Shown: positions 38,625 through 49,765 of the stretch, piece by piece
Position numbering within the stretch: the first letter of the stretch is position 1
How the letters are laid out: each line of letters begins with the position of its first letter
Assembly: GCA_028534125.1 (NCBI GenBank)
Contig: CM052829.1
Coordinates: 3,472,001 to 3,536,000 of the forward strand
Direction: 5' to 3'
Source: Lama glama
Lineage: Eukaryota
Length of the DNA: 64,000 nt
Notes under the pieces: generated by a model
Seen by the model: only the letters and a program-made list of their open reading frames with translations
Told to the model about the DNA's origin: nothing
Database searches by the model: none
Position numbers and translations under genes: made by a program

Positions 38625-41600
38625 AGAGAGAGAGGAAAGGGTTGCTGAGCTTGAAGAAAGACTATTAAAAATTACCAAATCTGAGCAACAGGGGGAAAAA
38701 TGGGCCAAAAGAGGAACATCACGTTAGGGACCCATGAGACTGTAACAAAACATACATTCTACATCAACATTACAGCAATAAAAGAGAAGGTAGGAGGGAC
38801 TGGAGAAGTCCTTTAAAAAATAATGGCAGAAAGATTCTCAAATATAGTGAAAGACATAAAAGTATAGATTGAAGAAGCTAAGTGAAACCCAAACAGACAA
38901 AACTCAAAGAAATCCACACTGAGTTTTATTGTAGTAAAGTATCTGAAACTGAAAACAAAGAAAAAAATTCTTGAAGTCAGTGAGCAAGAAATAACACTCT
39001 GTCTAGAGGGAAAACAAATCAAATGACAGTGAATTTTTCGACAGGAACCATAAGGACCAAAAGGAAGCAGCACAATGTTTTTCAAATGCTAATAGAACTA
39101 TCAATCCATAAATTTATATTCAGTAAAAATATCTTTAAGGAATGAAGAGTAAATGAAGATATTCTCAGATGAAAGAAAATAAAGAGGTTTTTTTTGTTTG
39201 TTTGTTTGTTGTTTGTTTTTCTGGTCAGAAGACCTGACATAAAAAAATAGCTAAAAGAAGTTTCTAAATACAAATAAGTGATTTAAAAATACTTGGAGCA
39301 TCAGGAAGGAAAAAGAACACACTAAACAAAAAATATGAGGGTATATGTTATATAATGATGAAAGGGTCAGTCAACAAGGAATACACAGTAACCCTGAACA
39401 TGTATGCACCAGACAAGAGAGCTGAAAAACATGTAAAGCAAAAATTGATTACAGTGAAAAAAAAAAGGTAAATCCACTATTAAACACCCACTCATGATAA
39501 AAACTCTTAGGAAAATAAAAGGAAAATTCTTCAACTTACAATATTTGCAAAACAGTGATAGTTGATATTATACTTAATTATAAAACATTGAATGATTTTC
39601 TCTTAAGCTCTGGAAGAAGGCACAGATGTCCGCTGTTACTACTGTCATTCAGAATACCACATTCTAGCCAGAGGTTCTAGCCGGTACAAAGCAGTGAGGA
39701 AAATAAAAGGCATAGAGAGCTGAAAGGAGGAAATGAAAGTTCTTATTTTCAGTTTGCATGATTATCTTTGTCGAGTAAGTCCAACAAATCTAAAAAATAA
39801 GACTAGAAGTAATACAGACTTTAGGAAGGCTGTACAGCACAAGATAAACATTCAGAATTCAGTTGCGCGGTTACATGCTAGCAGTGCCCATGTAGATTTA
39901 AGTTGAAAACATAATGCCATTGATGAGCATTTATCAAATGGCATCATTAAGGGTAAATCTAGTAAATGCATAGAACTTGTGTACTAAAAACTATACAACA
40001 CTAATTAAACAGATCAAATTTCTAAATAACTGGAGGGACACATTTGCTCACTGATAGGAATACTCACGTCATGAAGAAGCCAATTTTCCTGAAACTGAAA
40101 TATAAGTTTAACATATTTCTTTGAAAACATTAGCAAAATATTTTAAATCTACGGACAAGATTATTCTAAAATTTATACAGAAAGTCAAGGAAACTAGAAT
40201 ATATGTGGCATATGGTTAAAACAATGCTAAGAGGAACATTTATAATATTAAATGCATGTATTAGGAAAGAAAAAAGTGTTAAATTAATAATCTAAGCTAA
40301 AACTATTGAAAAAGAATAAAGAGAAGGAATTACTCCACCTAATTTCAAGACTTCTTGCAGAGCTGCTGTAATCAAGATTGTGTGGTGTTGATGAAGGGAC
40401 AGACACATAGACCAACAGAACGGAATAAAGAGTTTGGAAATAGAACCACATAAATATGCCCTGCTGACTTTTTATAAAGGTACAAAAGCATTTTGATAGA
40501 GGAAAGACAGGCTTCCAGTAAATGATGCTGGATGGGCACAAAAAAGTCAAAATAGAACCTCAGCCCAAATCTCACACCTCACACAGAATGTCAGTTCAAA
40601 ACTCGATTATGAACTTCAGTGAAACAGTCTAATTAGACAATGGGGAAAGGACACAACCAGACGCCTCCCCCAGGAGGACACACAGAAAACAAGCACGTGA
40701 ACCATGTCATCACTGGCCATTAAGGGGGTGCAAATGAAACCACAAGGAGTTGTTGTTTCACACGTATGAGGACTGAAATAAAAAAAAATGACCACGCCAA
40801 ATATCGGCATGGATGGGAGGCGGTGGATCACGCAGATACTGCCGGTGGGCTTGTAAAATGATGCAGGCACTCTGTGAACATCTGTTCATAATACTTCCCC
40901 ACAATAACACTCCCGGACATCAACTCTAAAAAAACATGTCCACACGAAAACCTGAGTCACAGACTCCACTCTCATTCTGCTTGCCACGTGACTGGGCAAT
41001 ATATTGGGAGACAAGGTGTTCGGGCAAGGAATAGTGACTCTATCCGGAAAGCCAGCAGACTGAGAAGATGGGGGACTATGTCCTGGAGAATCTTCTTCCT
41101 CAAGTCAGGATTCAGGCTCCTTTTATACTAACAAGGGGATGGGCTGTGGTTGGTTGTTGCTGCAAACTTCTTGGTTTCAGAGTCTTTTGTTCTTGCAGCT
41201 GTCCACACAGGTCAGGTCATGATGTGCCTGTAAACCTCCAGCAAGACGAATGTTATTCTCCGTCCTGCAACTTTTTATGTCTATATGAATGGAAAACTGT
41301 TATATCCTTAAAGGGGAGAGCCTGGAGGATGAGCTATCCCGCATATTTCAGGCCATAGGCATCATTCTCTTACAAAAAGTGCAGAACAGAAACAGAGCAC
41401 GGGGTTAGGGCCAAAGGAACAGAGCTCATATGGAGTCAGATTTGTTCTTCCCTAGTACACCTGCACATGAATGTCACAGCAGCTTTATTCAGAGTAGCTC
41501 CAAACTGAAAACAACTGGGATGTCCTTTGATGGGTGAACGGTTAAACAAACTATGATTCAGCCATATCATGGAATACTAGTGACAAATAAAAAGAACAAA

Positions 41601-42010
41601 AAAAAATTATCGGTATACACAGCATGTGTGAATCTCCTGAGAATGATGCTGAATGAAAAACCAAATCTTCAAAGCTGATGTAGTTTATAATTCCATTTAT
41701 ATAACATTCCTTAAATGGCAGGATTATACAAAGAATCTTTGTGGCTGCCAAGGGTTAAGGAGGAGATGGGGAGGGTGGGAGGAAAGTGGGTGAAAGAGGA
41801 TGTAGCTGCAAGCATGATCTCAGAGGTGATGGAAATGTTCTGCGTCTTGACGTTATCAACACCCACATGCTTACTGTGACGCTGTCCAGTGCTGTGCCAG
41901 GTGCTGTCCTGGGGAGACGCGAGGTGGAGGCTGCACAGGGCCTCGTGCGTTGTTTCTTACAACTAAATGTAAACCTCTAATTACATCTCAACAAAATTTT
42001 AATTAAAAAT
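38625..42010 (+). mobile_element. L1MC-type LINE (ORF1 to 3' end, internally deleted, interrupted by an LTR)
   Basis: ORF1-like 38630-39300, ORF2 pieces 39340-40900, L1MC1-like 3' UTR ending ttcttacaact...ttaattaaaaa. Confidence 0.8.
40955..41459 (-). mobile_element. ERV1-type solo LTR (same family as 47566-48090)
   Basis: Inserted into L1 motif cacacgaaaacctg|cacatgaatg with exact TSD CCTG (40951-40954 / 41460-41463); reverse complement aligns with the 47.6-kb LTR. Confidence 0.85.
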
Positions 42011-42034
42011 ATAATCAATAAACATATGTTATGC

Positions 42035-43460
42035 TTGCTCTTCTGACTGGGATGGAGTGACAGGGACCTGATTTACCCTCCCATCTCTAGCAGAAAATTT
42101 TATCAAACAATGATGGCAAGACAAGGGGGACCACACAAGAGAGGAGAGCGATCCCTGAGAGAGGGAGGATGTTCCACTGCCTCGAGGGGGCTTCCAAGCC
42201 CGGGGGCAAGGGGGTGGCCAGGAGGAGCCCTGCGGAGTCTTTGAGTTGTGGACAGTGAGATGCGAGTCCTGGAGACTGATGTCACTTGAGCTGACAGGCT
42301 GGAGTCCCAGAGAAGACAAACCTGCAGCGTTTCCCATGGAGTCTTCAGCTGAATCTTGTATCATCACTTGCACAAAAGGAAACTACCTGGGGCCAAAGAA
42401 AGAACCACCCAGAAGACTTAGAGGCAACAGTACTGAGAAGAGCGCCTCTTTCCATCAGCAGATTGGAAAACCTCAGTGTCCTGGGGCATCTGTGTGGAGC
42501 ACGCAGACGGGCGGGCTCAGTGCTGGGAAAAGCAGTTCTCCACCGAGCACTGCGGACGCGGTGCTGGAGAACGCCTTACACACCCAGAAGAGTCAGGTGC
42601 TTTCCAAGCAACTGAACTGCATCAAAGAATAAAGTTTAAGAATTTATAGAAATAGAAATATCAAGCACATAACAAGTTAAAATTCACCAAGGCTGGTATT
42701 CATTAAAAAAATTAGCACATACGACACAGCACAGGTAACTATATTTAATATCTTGTAAGAACCTATAATGAAAAATAATATGAAAAAGAATATATGTATG
42801 TATAACTGAATCACTATGCTGTACACCAGAAATTAACACAACACAGTAAATCAACTATACTTCAATTAAAAAATTATCACACATACAAAAAATAGGAAAA
42901 TGACTCATAATGAGGACATTACTCAATCAGGTCTGACCTACCACTGCTACAGATGCAAGAATTAGCAGAAAATTACATAAAACAGTTATTACAGCTGGAT
43001 TCCCATGTGTACAAAAAGCTGAGACAGGAAAGATGTAAAAAGACCACCATCAAACATTTAGTGGTGAAATTTACAATGTACAAGATGTAAAATTTCCTTC
43101 ATGGAATGAAAAGTGGATTAGACTCTGCAAAGAAAGATCAGGGAGTGTGAAGACTTGGAAACTATCCAAATGAAACACACAGAAAATAAAGTTTGAAAAA
43201 TAAACAAAGCAGGTACGAGGTGGGGCAGAACTCTGAGCAGCAAGTAAATGGGTGAAGCTCCCAAAAGGGTACGGGAGGAAGAAAAATATGAAGAAATCTT
43301 TTCATATTCAAGTTTCCAAGTTCAATTGTTTAATTTAATTTTGGGGTGAATTTTTTTCCACGTTTAAGGAAAGCTATTTACCCACACTTCCAAGAGGCGA
43401 AGGAAGCCAACACACAAGAAGTACAAAGGGAATTCCATCAGGGAACCTCACAGTCAGGTT
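42035..43460 (+). mobile_element. Old L1M (L1MC/MD-type) 5' UTR-ORF1 remnant
   Basis: ttctgactgggatggagtgacagggacctgatttaccctccc...gaaactatccaaatgaaacacacag. Confidence 0.6.
42723..42873 (+). mobile_element. Short 5'-truncated L1 3' end
   Basis: gcacaggtaactatatttaatatcttgtaagaacctataatg...ctgaatcactatgctgtacaccagaaattaacacaac...tcaactatacttcaattaaaaaa; decayed TSD aaaaattagcacatac / aaaaattatcacacatac. Confidence 0.85.
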
Positions 43461-43509
43461 GTACATTTACATATTCGCTCATTATCTGATTCTGCCACCA
43501 GCATGTAAG

Positions 43510-43998
43510 TGTGTAAATGATCTATTACCACACAGGAAACGACTCCAAAGTCTGTGAGCTTGGACGGCAACCCTTGTTATCTCACAGTTACTGTGGTCAG
43601 GGGTCTGCCTGCACTAAAGTTACTGCAGACCAAGTCCTGTAGCCACGTCACACTCATGGGGAGTCCTGCCCCCTGCCTCCTCACTGGCTGTTGTCCTTAA
43701 GGACCCTTTGCCTGAAACCGCAGTTTCCTCCCATGTGGACTCTCCTCTGGCGTCCCACAGCAAGGCAGGTGTCTTTGCCTCAACCGAGTGAGAGAAAGAG
43801 TGAGACACGGTACCAAAGGTGGAAGCCACAGTCTCCTGGTAACCTAGTCTTGGAAGTGACATCCCATCACTTTCACAACTGCTATTTGCTGGAAAAGAGC
43901 CATCAGGTCCATTCTACTCTAAGGAAGGGGACAGTACATGAGAGCATGAGCGCCAGCAGCAGGTGTCACTGGGGGCCAGGGTTAGTGGCTGCCTTCAG
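43510..43998 (-). mobile_element. MLT1F-like MaLR LTR
   Basis: ttatctcacagttactgtggtcagg...ggtggaagccacagtc...aacctagtcttggaagtgacatcccatcactttc...ggtgtcactgggggcca. Confidence 0.8.
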
Positions 43999-45559
43999 TC
44001 AGCTCCAGGGGACTAAGACTTTGTCTTACGTACGCTGAACTCCCTGTCCCTGAATGGCAGCGAACACAACAGAGATGCTGAAGTGTTCCTGGGATGGCTG
44101 AACACAAAATTAATCATTTGATGACCTGGAAAATTTACAGTATAATCATACATCCCAAAACCGATGAGCTTGGCATTATGACCCAGTGCCATCTGTACTA
44201 ATAATCAATAACTCAGGGCAACTAGTGGTGTATGTTTCTAAGTATCCTTTAATTTTCAAAAGCCAAGGGTTTCACTCCAGCTAAATTAATGAGTGGATGT
44301 GCTGAATTCTACTCATTTCACTTTTTAAATGATGAAATTAAATCGATTTTTTTCATTAAATCATTATGTGGTGAAGAAACAACAGGAAAATTCCTTTCAT
44401 AGTCTTGGAATGGGAGATTTAACTTTTGATGATTCCTCCAGCATCTTATAAACTGCTTGTATTTATGTAGTGATGAAAAAATATAAACCCACAACTATTT
44501 CACTGCAGGAGAAATAAGTGAAGCCCCGTCTTGGGAGGCTTGCCTTTGATCACAAAGTGTAACATGCGGCTGTAGTGAATTAGTCATTTGTCTTGCTAAC
44601 GCTGAGGGCCCGGCAGAAAGATCCACACATCCTCCAGGGGCCTGGGCATGAGTTACGTGTGGACACAAAATGCTCCCAGTGAGTCAATGCCAGATCATAT
44701 TTATGTCAGAAAAGTTCCAACGTACACGGTTCTCTTTACCCCAAAACGCCTCCTGAATATATCCATCAGAAACAGTGCACATTTCCAGCCATAGGACACC
44801 AAGTAAGAGACAATAAGCTTTCACTGTTTTGTGATTTAGCTTCAGGCTCTGTTAGTGGCACTGTCGACCGAGACAGCTGTCCTGCTCTCAGAGACCCATG
44901 CGGCCCTTAGCCTGTTCTCTGCTTCTGCCTGGTTTTCTCGCATTGAGTGTTAATGTCTAAGGTGGCAAAAAAAGTCTATCAGAATATTCAGAAATGCAAA
45001 CAGTGAAACAGCCCATGGGGATTATGTCCGTCATATATGTGGCCACTTTGATTCGCTCGGTCTACCTGTTGTTACTGCAGACCATCCATCACAGCGGCCA
45101 GTCCCGCGTAAATGTCGTGGGTGGTTGAGACAGCCGAGCTGAAGGGGCGGCAGCAACGTTCATCTCTGCATGAGCACCACTCGTGCTGGTTCGCTGTTCT
45201 AATCTTGCAGGTTTTATGAACATCACAACCTCACCAGATAGGGGAGTGTTTTCAGATCAATTTAACCAGATTTAGTCTCTGATCTCATCACTCAGCTAAC
45301 AGATAGGAAATGGTTACCAGCAGTATTAAATCTCACTGTATCTTTAATCTTGCTTCTCGAAAGGAATTTTTATACTTTTCATTTGTTTTTCTTACAGTTC
45401 AAAGTGAAGCCAATATTTAAAACATCACCCCACTTAAAAGATAGTATGAGGAGAGCAGTGTTTAAGGGAAGTCACTTAAGGATTTTAACTACAATCACAC
45501 AGAAATGAGGGTGTGGGTTCACTTCCTCTGTTAATTTTAACATTATAGAAATGAAAAAT

Positions 45560-46740
45560 GATCTTAAGAGTTCTGCCTCATAAGAAATACTGAGATTCTA
45601 AGGCATTCAATATTTATATTAAAAAGTAAAAACCAGAGAATAAATACAAAATTATAAGAGAACACATATCTGATCTTGAAATCAAAGTCACATTCCAAAC
45701 TTGAATCAACAGGAAACGCGAAAGAGGAAAATAGAGAGCAAATATGATTTTGAATTTGAGAACGTTAAAATAGTCCCAAACCTAGTTTAGAAAGCGAAAA
45801 TAAGAAAAATAATTACAACACATAAAACTGAGACAAGACAATAAATCACTGTCAAGAGTCCATTATAAGTAGATGAGAAAAACACCAAAATTTAGTAGAA
45901 AGATCATCGAAACAAGACCATTAGAGAGGAGGAATTACAGATGATCAATACAATTATCTAAATTGTTCAGCTTAATAAAGAAAGTAAAATTAAAACAAAA
46001 ATACAACTTTTTGCTTGAGAGTTTGGTGAAATTACTTACTGATCATATCTACCTTCTGGAAAGGTTGTAATAAAATGAGCTCTCTCGTAACTTTCTGACA
46101 AGTCGGCCTTTGGGGGAACGGACACTCTGGGGATGGTTCTGTCTCTTCCCTCTCTCCCTTTCTTAAATGTTTATCACTTCTTAGGAAGGAACCTGAGCAA
46201 AACTTGATGCAGGCAAAGATTTTGATTAAGGATGTGCATCCAAAATTATATATGATACTGAAAGTTTAGGAGCAAAGTGAAATATTCATGGGCAGTCAAA
46301 TTATCAAATGTTCATTTCATAGCAGAATTACCAAATTATGAAATATTATGAGCATCCTAAATCATATCTTCTAAGATTTTCAGTTGCATATGACACTGAT
46401 TATGACACATTCAAAAGGACATTATAATCATATCCATATATATATGTGTGAAGATATATAAAACTAAATGCTTGTATAAATAATAAAAATAGTATTTGTA
46501 TTATATAATATAAATATATGTTAGATATAAGTACATATGCAAAGATCGTAATTAACAATAAATAAATATATAAATATAGAACTAATATATAATGGAAGGA
46601 AATGAACTAAATGTCAACCGTGATTAATACATTTGAAAATACGTTTGAATTTTATTTGCTTATCTATGTTAAATTGTTCTACAGTTAGTTTTGTATAAGA
46701 AAATTAAAGAAAAAATATATAAATTTAAAGAAAAACAAGC
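45560..46740 (+). mobile_element. L1ME-type remnants with AT-rich low-complexity 3' region
   Basis: acagatgatcaatacaatt...tgttcagcttaataaagaaagtaaaattaaaacaa; aaggatgtgcatcc. Confidence 0.5.
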
Positions 46741-47565
46741 TTGCCTTACAGAGGCACAGTTTTCCTAAATTTCCTTGGATGTCCCATATTATAAATGTTT
46801 GTATGACCCCCATCCGACACCTGGACAGGGCACATCTCTTAGGATCAGGTCCAGGCATTTGAGCCTAGAGCCTCGTATGATCACTTGATAAGACAAAAGA
46901 AGCGAGGGTGAGGCTCTTTGCAAATGGTCCTAGCGCATGAGTGGCACCAGCTCTTATTTAAATGCCAGCCTTTCCTTATGACATCCTGCACTCAGATACA
47001 GCTCGCAAACATCACGTTGGATGCTATTATTTTTTCAGTTTATAAGCCACTCTCAATGTTTTTTGCCGCCGTCTGTCGGCATGTTTCTGTGAGATGGCAC
47101 ATTGGAATCAGAGGGGCCCCGTCTGCAGTACACTTCACAGAATTCACCCCAGAACTGATCTGCACTCAGAAGGTTTGAATAACAGCAAAAGCAGTGATGA
47201 TTTTTCTGAGTAAAGTCTTGCCACCCAGGAATGCTGCACAGTGCATTTAAAATTGGTCCCTGGCATGTGATGCTTATGGATAGAAAGCATGGTTTTAAAA
47301 GGTATCTATAAGACCTGTGGCTGTTGTGAGCTATTTATAATGGACTTTTGTTCTTCCCATTAAATGTAAACTGTCCACCCCTTTTGTGAATGGCAGTGGG
47401 CAGGTGCACTTGGAGCTTTCGGCAGCAGAAAAGATGGCTGGATGCTTGACGAAGTTTAAAATCTAGTAAGACAGACAAGTCAGAAGTGCACCTAAATTTA
47501 AAACTCTTTTCTTCTGTCTAGGTATCCATATTCTTGCAAGAGAAATGAAACAAATGGATACCTTG

Positions 47566-48090
47566 TGTAACAGTGAAGAACAAATCTGAATCCACATCAG
47601 ATCTGTTCCTTTAGCTAACCCTGTGCTCTCTTCCTGTGCTTAGTCACGCTGGTTCTGCATTTTTTTTATAAAAGAATGTTGCCTAGAGCCTGAAATATAC
47701 AGGAGAGCCCATTTTCAAGGCTCTGCCCTTTAAGGATATAATACTTTCCCATTCACATAAAGATAAAAAAGTTGCAAAACAGAGAATAACATTTGTCTTG
47801 TTGGAGGTTGACAAGAGCACCATGACCTGACCAACATGGAAAGCTGAAAGAACAAAGATTATGACACCAGGAAGTCTGCAACAAGCACCCACAGCCACCC
47901 CCCCCCCCCTTTTTAGAATAACAGGAACCTGAAGTCTGACTTGGGGAGGATGGTTTGCTAAGCCATTAGTCCCCCATCTTCCCTGCCTGCTGGCTTTCCT
48001 TATAAAGACATTATTCCTTGCACCAACACTTGGTATCCTGATTTATTGACCTGTCATGCGGTGAGCAGAATGCGTTTGGTCTTGGTAACA
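47566..48090 (+). mobile_element. ERV1-type solo LTR, 525 bp
   Basis: TGTAACA...GGTAACA termini; exact TSD CTTG at 47562-47565 and 48091-48094. Confidence 0.9.
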
Positions 48091-48559
48091 CTTGGGCAGG
48101 AGTTGTTCACAGGAGATGGTAAGGCGGCTGGGCCATTGGTGGGCGACATCCCCCTGTGACTGCCAGCTCCCGCGGTGTCCTGTCAGTTTTTGTGTGTCCT
48201 AGGATGTTCCCAGGGGACAGCCAGCATCAATAGCACAAATGCACAGGCAAGCTCAGGGGTCCATGGAGAGAAAGAAAAGTCGTGAAACAATCTCTGCCCC
48301 TGGGAGTTGGAAGACCAGCAAAATTAAAATAATCTTGTAACTGATATATTATTTTCACTCCCAACTTGCTCTTACAAAGCAGGACATGGTGTGATGCTGG
48401 ATTATTGAATGTTGCACCTAGAAAGGAATAATTATTAGTAAGTTTCTTATTTCATGACAGATTTCTTAGTCCTACAAAGTTACTAATATAATTTTGAGAC
48501 ATTAAGAGATTGTCATTCATTTACACAATTGCAAGCTGCTTGTACAACTAACAGTATGA

Positions 48560-48890
48560 GATCAAGCTATGGCCGGGCTCAGACACCCAGATGCTGTGTC
48601 ACAGACTAAGAGCCGGGAGTGAGGGCAGCAGACGGAGGCAGCAGACAGAGTCTCCAGGCACCAGGACGCCAGCGGCAGAAGAGAGGCGGCCAGGTGACTC
48701 CGGAGTCTGCAGGGTGTGGCCCGCTGTCCCCCCTGGATGGCTCCTGTGGTGGGATTTTTGCTGCCTGGTCCTGCTCATTGAACAATCCCAGGTCTCAAGT
48801 CTTTATTAGCATCCTATAAGTGAGGCAATATTCTTCCAAAAAAATCATTTTCTACTTAAATTCATCAAAGTCAAGTTCTGCTTCTTAAAA
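48560..48890 (+). mobile_element. Old MaLR LTR remnant (MLT1I/K-like)
   Basis: 3' end aaaatcattttctacttaaattcatcaaagtcaagttctgcttctt; GC-shifted middle. Confidence 0.4.
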
Positions 48891-49449
48891 AAAAACCGTG
48901 GTGAACAGGGTGCCAGTGGCAGAGACTTCGAAACGCGTTTCAAGACCCAAGCAGACAAGCACACGGATTGGTGATTCCACTTGAGTCTTGGACAGCCCTG
49001 CCCTTCTGGCTGGAGGGAGGCGAGCCCTTAAACCTTCACGTTAAATGACAGCATTGTGATGATGCGGAGACTGATGCTGTGTTTGGGGGCAGGTCACCGC
49101 TAACCTGCTCCTGCTAAAGAGAAAGAAACAGCAGGGCTGGGCCAGCGATGACCTGACTCTTTGGGACCCTGACTCTAACAGGCGCACATTTGGCAACACC
49201 TTGGATATTCTCTTTTGTCCATTCTGTCTTGAAAATACTACGGTTGTGAAATTATAAAAGGAAAGCATGAGGCCTTGATCAGAAATTTTAGCACAAACCC
49301 TTCACCGACAGCGCTCCCGGCAGCACCGACCTCCTCCTGCTCTCAGCAGCGGTGTCGGGCTGTTTGCAGCATCCAAGGTCATCCGCCTGGTTATGCCGTA
49401 GAGCCTTTAAGACGGGAAACGAGGCTCGCTCTTGTGCTGTTTCCTTCAG

Positions 49450-49765
49450 TGTGTTTATCAGTCTCCAAGGCCTGCTGTGACAACACTCCACGTTCTGGGT
49501 GGTTTTAACAACAGAAGTGTATTCCATCGCCGCTCTGGGGGCCCCAAGCCCCCGTCCAGGTGTGGGCGGGGCCGAGTTCCCCCGAAGCTCGGGGGGGGGG
49601 GGGGTCCTCTCTTGCCGCCTCCTAGTCCCTGCCGGCGGCCCGGTCCTCGGTGTTGTTTGCTCGGTCACGTGTCACTCTGAGGCCTGCTGCTGTGGCCACG
49701 CGACGTTCTGCCTGCGCGCAGAGCGCCGTGTGTCTCTCCTCCTCTCCTAAGGACACCGTCACACT
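49450..49765 (-). mobile_element. MLT1C-like MaLR LTR, strongly GC-shifted
   Basis: ctgggtggttttaacaacagaagtgtattcc...ccaggtgtgggcggggccgagttccc...tcctctcctaaggacaccgtca. Confidence 0.8.

Noticed and set aside
47025-47215. Possible splice acceptor (ttttttcag) and exon
   Set aside because: No convincing donor or meaningful reading frame. Such motifs are common by chance.
41068-47898. Two similar short ORFs (41068-41358 + and 47683-47898 -) that look like paralogous small proteins
   Set aside because: Both are antisense chance frames within two copies of the same LTR family.
40955-48090. Possible full-length provirus bounded by the two related LTRs
   Set aside because: The LTRs are in opposite orientation, each has its own TSD, and there is no PBS/gag/pol between them.
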